A DNA stretch of 64,000 nucleotides from Candidatus Babeliales bacterium (lineage in GTDB: Bacteria; Babelota; Babeliae; Babelales; JANWKD01). The notes beneath the pieces are model-generated. The model ran no database searches and was not told the origin of the DNA. It saw nothing but the letters and a program-made list of their open reading frames with translations. Every line of letters begins with the position of its first letter. The stretch's first letter is position 1. This document shows, piece by piece, positions 36,104 through 46,252 of the stretch. A program made the position numbers and the translations under genes. The stretch is from assembly GCA_963722255.1 (NCBI GenBank), contig CAVRJO010000001.1:352001-416000 (forward strand), given 5' to 3'.

Positions 36104-36852
36104 AAACCATATTTATTGTATTCCTAGTTTTTAATAGTGCGCTTCCATTAAATCTTACAGCAATGCAAGAGCAAGAAATAAATCTTGAATCTGAAAAAAT
36201 ACCTAGCTTAAAAAACCTGCTGTGCACAAAAATTATTGATGATATTGCTCAAAACAGACTTTCATTGGATATTCTTGATACCATACCTTTTGAATTAGCT
36301 CAAGAACTAGTTAATACATCCTTTAAAGACAGAAAAGACACGCTTGCCCATTTTTATGCTCAAAAAGCCGTTAAAAATAAATCACAAACCATTGAATGGT
36401 TAGAAAAATTAAACTACGTACTCTCTAAAGGGTTTACTAATGTCAACTCTCATGATACCATTCCACTTACACACAGCTTAGTTACAAGCACAACAACAGA
36501 TCGTGCTTTAGATCTTTTATGGGTGCTTCTTAAAAGAGGTGCTTGCATAAATAAATTATATCTCCATCAAAATCTCTTAGAAGCAGCTATTTCACATCGC
36601 AACTTACCAGCGGTAAAAATTCTTACTGAAAATACCAATGCTACAGTAGATCTTACTATATCTGAATACCCACAACCATGTTTAATGCGACGAATTAATG
36701 AATTTTTCAAAACTGATCCTGTATATAGTTACGTACATGATCATGTAGATCTGTATAAATCACGCAGTAATAATCGTTATGTCCTTGCCCCCTGTTGTTC
36801 TGAAGGCGGCCATGAGCCTTATAGCTCAGACCAAAACAAATATTTCATGTAA
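36100..36852 (+). CDS. Exported protein with BC-box-like motif and ankyrin-like repeats
   Basis: Signal ...NLTA|MQE; IPSLKNLLCTKI...LDTIPFELAQEL; LLKRGACIN, LLEAAISHRNLPAVKIL. Confidence 0.65.
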   Translation: MKTIFIVFLVFNSALPLNLTAMQEQEINLESEKIPSLKNLLCTKIIDDIAQNRLSLDILDTIPFELAQELVNTSFKDRKDTLAHFYAQKAVKNKSQTIEWLEKLNYVLSKGFTNVNSHDTIPLTHSLVTSTTTDRALDLLWVLLKRGACINKLYLHQNLLEAAISHRNLPAVKILTENTNATVDLTISEYPQPCLMRRINEFFKTDPVYSYVHDHVDLYKSRSNNRYVLAPCCSEGGHEPYSSDQNKYFM

Positions 36853-36982
36853 GGAATCTATTAAATTAATTTTGCAGTAAAACAACAGTTTTTTCACACA
36901 AACTGAAATATTTGTTGCAAATATATATTTTTCTGTTAGAATGGAAATAGTTGATTATTAATTTATTTTGTAGGAGTTACTC

Positions 36983-37150
36983 ATGTCATTTGATATGAAA
37001 ACTAATTATACACAAAACGTACAAAGGTCGTCTCAGACGTCTTTTTGTCATGCTTTTAATTCACTTTTCTTTTTCTTCTCAAAGATCAACAACGTCATCT
37101 TATTACCTGTCTTAGGTTTATCAATTATTATTGTGCGATTAGCACTGTAA
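36983..37150 (+). CDS. Putative small membrane protein, 55 aa
   Basis: AGGAG RBS; MSFDMKTNY...VILLPVLGLSIIIVRLAL* with a C-terminal hydrophobic helix. Confidence 0.5.
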   Translation: MSFDMKTNYTQNVQRSSQTSFCHAFNSLFFFFSKINNVILLPVLGLSIIIVRLAL

Positions 37151-37386
37151 TATATTCTATTTTCCCTGAATTTTTTCTATTTTTTAAAAATTTTTCAGCT
37201 ACGTAAAAACTGAAAACGTTAAAGTTTTTACCAGCTTTGTTTTTCGATTAATCGAAATAACCTATTGGTTTAACACCATAGTGTATAAACGCGTTATACC
37301 TATGCTGTTAGCCCAGCGAATTTCCGGCCGGATTTTCGATTTATTGTATTTTTGTAATTTTAATATTGGTTTAAAGGAATTTTATT

Positions 37387-37761
37387 ATGAAAAAAATAAC
37401 TGTATTTTGCCTATTCACTGCGTTCTATGCATGCAATACCATAAAGGGCATGGAAATCAAAAACAGTAACTATGCCTATACTACGCAGGATGATTATATG
37501 ACCGGTAAAGCGGTAATCACCCATACAAAACAATGTGCGGCTATGGGTTCTGTAGCATCGGGATTTGCTTTTTTCACCGCAACAGCAGCACGTCATATGC
37601 ATTGGCCCTATTGGATAAAACGAGCACCGCTTTTTGGATTCATATCTTTCAATGCAATTGGTCAAATACCAACCATAACCGGCATGGATCAAGACCCTAA
37701 AAAAACAACTTTTGTTGGACAGATGTTTAATTATATGGTTAATGGAAAACGGAAAGCATAA
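37387..37761 (+). CDS. Hypothetical exported/membrane protein (signal peptide + Met motif)
   Basis: AAGGA RBS; MKKITVFCLFTAFYACNTIKG|MEI. Confidence 0.68.
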   Translation: MKKITVFCLFTAFYACNTIKGMEIKNSNYAYTTQDDYMTGKAVITHTKQCAAMGSVASGFAFFTATAARHMHWPYWIKRAPLFGFISFNAIGQIPTITGMDQDPKKTTFVGQMFNYMVNGKRKA

Positions 37762-37762
37762 G

Positions 37763-37806
37763 GTGAATGGGGTGTGATTTTTTATAAAAAATCACACCCC
37801 ATTCAC
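37763..37806. repeat. Perfect 44-bp palindrome
   Basis: gtgaatggggtgtgattttttat-aaaaaatcacaccccattcac is fully self-complementary. Confidence 0.85.
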
Positions 37807-37827
37807 AAACTTACGATAAGGAATTTT

Positions 37828-38208
37828 ATGAAAAATAAAACATTAAAAAAAATGAAACAAGCAATTTTCCAGACGTTGGCGCTATTAACGGGCACCTTAG
37901 CGACTTTTGCTCTTAAGGCAGAGGCTCTAAACGATACCCTTGAGCATTCTCATGGATTATATGCACTAGACATAATAAAAATGGTTCTTGGAATCATAAC
38001 AATCATCGGCGCCTTTGGTTTTTTTATCACAACAAGCCAAAAACGCGCTCATTGGCCAGCTCATTTTCGACGAATATTTTTTGGCATTTTCGTGTTTTGC
38101 AATATTATCAGTCAAGCTCTTTTTAATGTTGTTAATATCCCGGCTAACAAAAAAATAATCTGTACTCTTGGTAAATGCGTAAAAATGTTATCTAAAAAAT
38201 CTCTCTAA
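37828..38208 (+). CDS. Small membrane protein, paralogue of 35708-36103
   Basis: ATG 37828 after AAGGA; clear similarity to 35708-36103. Confidence 0.75.
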   Translation: MKNKTLKKMKQAIFQTLALLTGTLATFALKAEALNDTLEHSHGLYALDIIKMVLGIITIIGAFGFFITTSQKRAHWPAHFRRIFFGIFVFCNIISQALFNVVNIPANKKIICTLGKCVKMLSKKSL

Positions 38209-38221
38209 TGAAAGGAAAATC

Positions 38222-39247
38222 GTGACAAAAACAATAACTAAAAAGCCATTTGGAACTGTATTCACTGATCATATGTTTGTCATGGAATGGACAAAAGAAA
38301 AAGGCTGGCATAATCAACGCATTCAAACATACCAGGATTTTACAATGGATCCGGCTTCATCAAATCTGCACTATGGACAAGAAATATTTGAAGGCATGAA
38401 AGCATTTTGCACTATTGATAACAAACCAGTTCTATTTCGACCCCGCAACAACCTAAACAGAATGAATAATTCTGCGCGCATAATGTGCATGCCAGAAATT
38501 AATATTGAAGAGGTTCTTCAATGGTTAAAAAAAGTTGTAGTACAAGATCGATCATGGATACCCAATGAAATGGGAACTGCTCTTTATATTCGCCCTACGA
38601 TGATTGCGTCTGAAAAAACTCTTAATGTGAATCCCGCATCACACTATCTTTTCTTCATTATTTTATCTCCTGTAGGAGCACTTTATGAACAAGGATTCAA
38701 TACGGTACCCATTCTAGTTTCTGAAAAATATACCCGAGCATCATCAGGTGGCGTTGGCCAAGCAAAAGCTGCAGGAAACTATGGTGCCAGCATGCGTGCA
38801 GTGCAGGAGGCCAAATCTGTTGGCTGTGCTCAAGTTTTATGGCTCGATCCTATTCAACGTACGTATATTGAAGAAGTTGGCGCCATGAACATTTTTTTTG
38901 TAATCAACAATAGGTTAGTTACCCCATCTTTAACTGATTCAATTCTTGCAGGCATCACACGCCTTTCTCTTATTGAGCTCAGCAAACAGATGGATATGCC
39001 TGTAGAAGAACGTCGAATTTCTATCGATGAAATCGTTAATGGAATAGAAAATGGCACGGTCACAGAAATATTTGGCTCAGGAACTGCTGCAGTAATTTCA
39101 CCGGTTGGTAGCTTACGCTATAAAAATAAAGTTTATATCGTTAACAATAATCAAACGGGTCCAATCACGCAAAAATTGTTCACAATGCTTACTAATATTC
39201 AATATGGCATTAGCGAAGATAAAAATAAATGGATAGAATTAGTATAA
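38222..39247 (+). CDS. ilvE: Branched-chain amino acid aminotransferase
   Basis: LHYGQEIFEGMKA, LYIRP, AKAAGNY, EEVGAMN, ILAGITR, GSGTAAVISPVG. Confidence 0.94.
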   Translation: MTKTITKKPFGTVFTDHMFVMEWTKEKGWHNQRIQTYQDFTMDPASSNLHYGQEIFEGMKAFCTIDNKPVLFRPRNNLNRMNNSARIMCMPEINIEEVLQWLKKVVVQDRSWIPNEMGTALYIRPTMIASEKTLNVNPASHYLFFIILSPVGALYEQGFNTVPILVSEKYTRASSGGVGQAKAAGNYGASMRAVQEAKSVGCAQVLWLDPIQRTYIEEVGAMNIFFVINNRLVTPSLTDSILAGITRLSLIELSKQMDMPVEERRISIDEIVNGIENGTVTEIFGSGTAAVISPVGSLRYKNKVYIVNNNQTGPITQKLFTMLTNIQYGISEDKNKWIELV

Positions 39248-39315
39248 TGAATCTATACATATGACCACCACTTATTTAATAGTCATTAAAAATAGACTTT
39301 ACATGGATAAAAAAT

Positions 39316-40871
39316 ATGAAGTTACTTCCAACTGATATTAGTTCTCTTGATACTATGCTAAAAAAAACTATCTGTATATAGATAAAACACACTATATCTA
39401 TAACCTCTTAAAAAGTGGCAGCAGATTTTATTTCCTTTCGCGTCCTCGTCGTTTTGGTAAATCCTTACTGATTTCAACTCTACAAGAAATTTTTTCGGGC
39501 AATAAACAATTATTCAAAGATCTTTGGTTAGGATCAAGTGATTATTCTTGGCAAGAATATCCTATTATTAAACTTGATTTTTCAAGAATCGATCACTCAA
39601 CTGATGAAGAATTAAAAATTAATCTTATCTGGAAATTAAAAACAATTGCGCAAGAATATAGTATAAACATTGAACAAGCGCCTAGCGCAGGTTCAATGTT
39701 AGAAACGCTCGTAATTGAACTTTCCAAAAAAAATCCCGTTGTTATCCTTATCGATGAATATGATAAACCAATTCTTGATCACCTACGAGATCCTGAACAA
39801 GCACACAAGCAACAAGCAATTTTAAGCAGCTTCTATACCACTATAAAAAGCCTCGAACAGCACTTGCATTTTGTTTTTTTAACCGGTGTTAGTAGGTTTG
39901 CAAAAACGTCACTTTTTTCCGGAATTAATAATCTCAATGATATTTCACTCAAACCAGAGGCGGCCACGCTCTTAGGCTATACACAAGAAGAGATTCTGCA
40001 GAATTTTCAACCGTATCTTGAAACAGTCGCGCAAAAGCATAACACCTCAATAGAGGTTGCAATTCAAGAATTACAACGATGGTATAACGGCTATAGGTTT
40101 TCTAAATCGCCACAAAAAGTATATAATCCTTTTTCCGTGCTTTACTGCTTAAAAGATCAAGAATTTTATAACTACTGGTTTGAATCGGGAACGCCAACCT
40201 TTCTAGTTCATCTGATTAAAAAACAGTATGATTCACTTGAGGCAATAGACACTATTCAGATCGATCGTGACAGCTTGGGCAATTTTGAGATTGAGGATAT
40301 TCCGCTTATCCCACTCTTATTTCAAACAGGCTACTTAACTATTTCTGACTATAATGAAAAAACAGATCTTGTTACCTTACATTTTCCAAACCAAGAAGTG
40401 ACTGAATCATTTACCAAATTTCTTGTTTCAATTCTTGCTGAAACAACAACCTCAACGGTAAAAAAATTAAGCATTCAACTTGTTGAAGCGCTTGAAGAAA
40501 CAGATCTGGATAGATTCTGCACACTCTTGCAAGCTTTTTTTGCCCATATTCCCTGTTACTTGCATACAAAAAAAGAAAGTTTCTATCATGCTTTGCTACA
40601 AGCACTTTTTACTCTACTGTCTCTTGAAGCCCAATCGGAAATTTTAACTGATAAAGGGCGTATAGACATGATACTAAATTTTAAAAATACTATTTTTTTG
40701 TTTGAATTTAAATTCAATGCCTCTCCTAAAACTGCTTTAAAGCAAATCAAAGAAAAACGATATTATGAACGATACATACACTTAAACAAACAGATCATTT
40801 TAGTTGGACTAGCATTCAACCAATCCGATAAAATTTTACAGCTAAAACATGTCGAAGAAGTTTTACTTTAA
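39316..40871 (+). CDS. AAA-ATPase-like / PD-(D/E)xK protein, paralogue of 29640-31208; frameshift in an A8 run at 39360-39367
   Basis: MKLLPTDISSLDTML, then after the shift NYLYIDKT...SRPRRFGKS continuing in frame with ORF 39696-40871. One extra A restores the frame. Confidence 0.82.
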
Positions 40872-40902
40872 AACTTAAAAAATTTTCATATAAGGATTTT
40901 CG

Positions 40903-43374
40903 ATGAATTATGATATAAAAAAAATAGAAAAAAAATGGCAAGAATATTGGCATGATCATAAGATTGGTCAAGCAAAGCCAACAGGCGATGGGAAAAAATA
41001 TTATTGCTTAGATATGTTCCCTTATCCTTCTGGCTCAGGGTTACATGTTGGCCATTGGCGCGGCTATGTTCTTTCTGATGTCTATGCACGTATCAAATGG
41101 CTCCAAGGATATAATGTTTTGCATCCTATGGGTTGGGATGCATTTGGACTGCCTGCAGAAAATGATGCAATTAAAAAAGGAATTCATCCAGCAAATTGGT
41201 ACAGCGCGAAATATTGCTACATTTTAAACAACAACTGCAAGAAGTTGGTGCAATTTATGATTGGTCAAAAGAGCTTAATACCACCGATCCAAATTATTAT
41301 AAATGGACCCAATGGATTTTTTTGCAAATGTATAAAGCAGGTCTTGCATATCGAAGCGAATATGCCGATTAACTGGTGCCCTTCTTGTTTGACTGGTCTT
41401 GCAAATGAAGAAGTGGTCAATGGCGGCTGTGAGCGTTGTGGCACACATGTTGTACAAAAAAAAATTCGCTCAATGGGTATTACGAATTACCGAATATGCA
41501 GAAAAACTTCTTGCATGGTCTTGATAACCTTGAATGGCCAGAAAAAGTTAAACTTGATGCAACGAAACTGGATTGGCAAAAGCGAAGGGATTATTTTTAC
41601 TGCACCGGTTAAAGATAGCGATTTGACAATTCAAACATTTTCAGCCCATTTTGAAGCATGCTATGCCGATACATTTGTGGTGATTGCACCAGATCATCCG
41701 TTATTGCAAATGCTTCTTGAAGGTGAACATAACATGAAAGAAAAGTTCTCGATTTTTGCAAAGAATTAGTTAAAAATCGTGCTGAAACAAACATCGTATG
41801 ATACAAAGAATCAGAAGGATTTTTACCGGACGATATATTATTGATCCCTTGGTAATGGCGATCTTCCTATTTGGGTTGCAAGTTATGCCTTAGCAGATTA
41901 TGGCACAGGTATTGTAAAATGTTCCGCGCATGATGAACGTGATTTTGCATTTGCAAAAAAATATACCATTCCGCTCAAAGTTGGTTTAATTCCTGCAGAT
42001 AGATCCTGAATTGCGAAACAAGTTAAAACTCAAGAAGTGTGCTATACCGATATGGATCAATGGTATTCTTACTTGAACCTGCACCATTTGCTGGTAAAAC
42101 GCAGGTCGGTACGCAATACAATTATGCTGATTATTTAGTTGATACATAGGCTTAGCTGCAACGAAAAAGTTAGCTATAAACTTACGTGATTGGATCTTTT
42201 CGCGTCAGCGTTATTGGGGCGAACCAATTCCTTTAATTCATTGTCGTCAATGTGGCATTGTTCCGGTTCCTGAAGATCAGTTTCCTGTAATACTTCCTGA
42301 AGTTGAACATTATCAACCAACTGGAACGGGCGAATCGCCATTGCAGCAATTACCGATTGGGTCAATACTACCATGTCCACAATGTGGAGGACCTGCAAAG
42401 CGTGAAACAAATACTATGCCACAATGGGCAGGTTCATGTTGGTATTTTTTACGCTATCCAAATCCACATCTTAAAAGATGAACCATTTGATCAAAAAGAT
42501 ATGAATTATTGGTTGCCGGTTGATTTATATGTTGGTGGTGTTGAACATGCAATTTTGCATCTATTGTATTCACGCTTTTATGTAAAAGTTCTATATGATC
42601 TTGGTTATTTGCCATTTCGATGAACCATTTACGCATCTTATTTAATCAAGGAATGGTAAATCAAGATATTCAGAAAAATCTGGCGCTGTTGAAAAAATGT
42701 CAAAATCTAAAGGCAATGTGGTCAACCCTGATGAAATCGTGCAAGAGTATGGTTCAGATGTATTGCGAATGTATATTCTTTTTATGGGACCTCCAGAACT
42801 TGATTGTGAATGGCAAGATGCGGGCATTGAAGGTATCAAACGATTCCTTCATAAATTATGGGATTATGTAACAAATCCTACGACAATTTTGCAAGATAAT
42901 GAACAAGAAGATAGTACAGTAACAAAGCGGTTCCATAAATTTTTAAAAGAATTTCAAGAGCGCCTTGATCATTTTAAGCCAAACACAGCAATTTCTGCTG
43001 CCATGGAATGGCTTAATGATGCAACAACAGGGCATATGAAGTTGAGCAGAAAAACAGCACAAGAACTTTTTGTTGCCTTATCATGCATGATTCCTCATAT
43101 GTCAAGCGAACTTCTTGAGCAACTGCTTGGTAAAAAACTTGAAGAGTGCGCATGGCCCGTATTTGATAAAAATTTAACAATAGACGATACTGTGCCACTT
43201 ATTATTCAAGTGAATGGAAAAATGCGTGGAGAACTTACCATTGAACGAAAGAGCACACAAGAAATTGTTGAACCTCAAGCCCGTGAACTCATTGCAAAAT
43301 GGCTTGAAAATAAAACAATAGTAAAAGTAATTTTTGTACAAGATCGTTTAATAAACTTTGTTGTTAAGGAATAA
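40903..43374 (+). CDS. leuS: Leucine--tRNA ligase, split by multiple indels (probable sequence errors)
   Basis: [14 protein letters not shown] (HIGH), [65 protein letters not shown] spread over several frames. Confidence 0.92.
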
Positions 43375-43381
43375 TGCTATC

Positions 43382-43419
43382 AAAAAATCTGCTAATGTAA
43401 TTATTAGCAGATTTTTTTT
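43382..43419. terminator. Bidirectional terminator
   Basis: aaaaaatctgctaat / attagcagatttttttt. Confidence 0.75.
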
Positions 43420-43497
43420 CTTCTGAATTTATTCAACATTGAACACCAAAAATTAGCCTTTTTTTCTTGTATATCCCTCAGTGCAAAAATTGATGTA

Positions 43498-43746
43498 TCA
43501 AAAAAGCCAACACCAATTTTCAGTAGTTTGTGGCCTACCGTGCGCTCGTATCATAGCAGCGTACAATGCATCTGCTTGTGTAATTCTTTGACCCATCTCA
43601 TTTTGTTGTTTTGCAACTGCAAGAGCAACTTGAATTTCAAAAAGCGAAGGTCGTTCATTACCATATTCATCAACTTTATTTTCCATACTTTTCAAAGAGG
43701 CAACGACACTCAAACAGTAAATAAAACAGATAACAATTTTATTCAT
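43498..43746 (-). CDS. Small exported protein ending in CWLF
   Basis: GAGGGAG RBS; MNKIVICFIYCLSVVASLKS|MEN; Cys at -4. Confidence 0.65.
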   Translation of the reverse strand: MNKIVICFIYCLSVVASLKSMENKVDEYGNERPSLFEIQVALAVAKQQNEMGQRITQADALYAAMIRAHGRPQTTENWCWLF

Positions 43747-43896
43747 ACTACTCCCTCGTACTAATAACCTTAGTGCTAGTTTATACCTAATTAAAAATCT
43801 TGTGCAATGCTTCATGCCTACAACATACTAGTATTTTATGGAACAGTTTGTATGATTAGCTATAGTCTCTATAGTAAAAAAACGAAAATAATCTCT

Positions 43897-44253
43897 ATGA
43901 AAAAAAATATCTTCTTGATCTTCGTACTTTTGTTAACTCAGTTAAATTCCGTTTCATGCAACATATTCGAACTTCGTGATTTAGAATATTTAATAATTGG
44001 AACCATAGTTAATAGAACGTGTAAACCTAATTTAATAGATACTTTCGATAAAATAATCACGAGTAAAGCATTAAATTGCAACGAAAAGATGATGGCCTTT
44101 GCGCTCTTTAAGCTCCATGAAACAGCTCCTGTAATTCAAGAGGTAATGGAAGAAACAAGAGCTCTCCATAAAAATAAGTTTGACTATCTGGATACTCTTT
44201 ATAGCTTAATGATACATAACAAAGATGTTGTACCAATGAATAGCTGTAACTAA
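43897..44253 (+). CDS. Hypothetical exported protein
   Basis: MKKNIFLIFVLLLTQLNSVS signal-like N-terminus. Confidence 0.6.
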   Translation: MKKNIFLIFVLLLTQLNSVSCNIFELRDLEYLIIGTIVNRTCKPNLIDTFDKIITSKALNCNEKMMAFALFKLHETAPVIQEVMEETRALHKNKFDYLDTLYSLMIHNKDVVPMNSCN

Positions 44254-44266
44254 TATGCTCTAAATT

Positions 44267-45376
44267 CTATGACAATAATTTTATGCGCCAACCGGCTTCC
44301 ATATACCGCTTAACCTCAGTATAATTTTTATTAAAATCTTGATCCAATTCTGTTAAACGCATTATACCTTTATCAGTTTTAACCCATGGATTGATCCCGC
44401 GAAATTTATTTTTAATAAGCATATCATACTCATCGGTTTCAACGCACTTGATATGTTCTTCAACATGTAATGCTTTTTGTAAATGGCTTTGCAATTCTGT
44501 ATCATCCGATTGTATCAGCTTATTCCAAACTAGTTCATCCGTAGAAAAATAGATATCATCAAGTGTTATTAATCCAATTGCCAATGCACGTTGTAATACT
44601 GCCGCGCTATATTCATTTGCCATATAACATTTATAATTATTCCATCCATTTATATTTTGCATAAAATAAAAAGGCACGTGGGCAACTTTTTTTGCTAACT
44701 CGGGATCAGTAAAAATCCACCGACCATCTTCTACAACAATATTGTTTACAATCTGCTGAATATCATCAGACGTCAACAATCCATCAACAAAACCACCTTG
44801 TAAATTATATTCTAAGCGATCTGCACAAACCTCAGGTAAATTTTGTTCAAGCAGGGTAAATCCATCATTTTTATGCAAAATGTCTTGAACTGAAATACCA
44901 TGTTTTTTCAAAATCTCAGGGATACTGGTACTCTTAATAAAATTTTCATGATTATTATCTTGATAAGAATTTTCACCCAATTGAGAAATTTTAAATAAAA
45001 AGTCCCCTACATGTGAAAATACCGTGTGTGAGACATCATGCAACAATCCGGCAATTTGTTCATTGAGGGGCGCTCCAAATTTACGCAAAAGTACAAAAAC
45101 GCCAACTGAATGATCAAATCGATTATATTCTTGTTTTTTTACTGTATAATAATTTGTTCCATATTGTCGTATATCTTTTAATCTCTGTACATACTTATCA
45201 TTAATCAAATCGATCAACACGGGTTCAGTAATAGTAAAATCACCATATAACGTTGATAATACCAACTCTTTGCTTACATTATTTTTTTCACGATTTTTTT
45301 CACGCAAAAAATACAGCCCTCCCACTACACATACAACTCCAATAATCACAAACACCGGCAGTATTTTTTTTAACAT
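44267..45376 (-). CDS. HD-domain phosphohydrolase with N-terminal membrane anchor
   Basis: QRLKDIRQYG, RFDHSVGV, AGLLHDVSHTVFSHVGD, CADRLEY; TM segment ILPVFVIIGVVCVVGGLYFL. Confidence 0.85.
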   Translation of the reverse strand: MLKKILPVFVIIGVVCVVGGLYFLREKNREKNNVSKELVLSTLYGDFTITEPVLIDLINDKYVQRLKDIRQYGTNYYTVKKQEYNRFDHSVGVFVLLRKFGAPLNEQIAGLLHDVSHTVFSHVGDFLFKISQLGENSYQDNNHENFIKSTSIPEILKKHGISVQDILHKNDGFTLLEQNLPEVCADRLEYNLQGGFVDGLLTSDDIQQIVNNIVVEDGRWIFTDPELAKKVAHVPFYFMQNINGWNNYKCYMANEYSAAVLQRALAIGLITLDDIYFSTDELVWNKLIQSDDTELQSHLQKALHVEEHIKCVETDEYDMLIKNKFRGINPWVKTDKGIMRLTELDQDFNKNYTEVKRYMEAGWRIKLLS

Positions 45377-45592
45377 AAAATCATTCCCATACATAAGATT
45401 TTTAAAATGAATGTACTATAATTTAACATTTATAAAGATTAATGGAAACTAGATTCTACAAAAACTAATTCAAAGATAAAAATTAATAAGCTATTTTGAA
45501 GATGCAAAACATCTAATAAAATAATAATTTCTTGTTTTTTTGTACTATTTACCACTAAGGTAAACAGGACAATAATTTTGAGGAGAAAAACC

Positions 45593-46252
45593 ATGAAAAT
45601 ATTTTTAGATACCGCCCATAGTGGAGATATTGAACAATGGAGTTATGTAATTGATGGTGTTACCACCAATCCTTCACACCTTGCAAAAGAAAAAACCAAC
45701 CCGACTAAACAAATCTTAAAAATTTGTTCCCTCATGAACCCTAAAGAGGTTAGTGTTGAAATAACAGAAAATAATCCTAAAGCAGTTTATGATCAAGCAA
45801 AAAAAATAGCACAACTAGCACCTAATGTTGTTGTCAAAATACCATGCTTTGCAGCGTATTATCAGATTATTAAAAAGCTGGTAGAAGAAAATGTGCCACT
45901 CAATATCACCTTGCTTTTTTCACTTAATCAAGGTCTATTTATGAGCAAACTTGGCGTACGCTATATTTCTCCTTTTGTCGGTCGAATTGATGATAATGAT
46001 GGCAACGGCATAGAACTTTTATATGAGTTGCGCGAAATGATTGACCGCTATGGTTATCAAACACAAATTCTAGCGGCATCCTTACGTCATGTACGCCATC
46101 TTCATGAAGCTATCGCAGCCGGCGCAGATGTTGCAACAATACCACCAGAACTTTTAAAAAAAGCTACCGAGCATATTTTAACTGATAAGGGCATTGAGCT
46201 TTTTAATGCCGATTGGAAAAAATTAGGAATATCTCACTTTCCTGAACTATGA
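45593..46252 (+). CDS. tal: Transaldolase / fructose-6-phosphate aldolase family
   Basis: IFLDTA, GVTTNPS, VVVKIP, NITLLFS, YISPFVGR, ILAASLR. Confidence 0.88.
   Translation: MKIFLDTAHSGDIEQWSYVIDGVTTNPSHLAKEKTNPTKQILKICSLMNPKEVSVEITENNPKAVYDQAKKIAQLAPNVVVKIPCFAAYYQIIKKLVEENVPLNITLLFSLNQGLFMSKLGVRYISPFVGRIDDNDGNGIELLYELREMIDRYGYQTQILAASLRHVRHLHEAIAAGADVATIPPELLKKATEHILTDKGIELFNADWKKLGISHFPEL

Noticed and set aside
37774..37827. Extended GTG start for ORF 37774-38208
   Set aside because: Lies inside the 44-bp palindrome; ATG 37828 has an RBS.
40903..43374. leuS as a real pseudogene or programmed-frameshift gene
   Set aside because: Too many clustered indels in an essential gene; sequence error is the simplest explanation.
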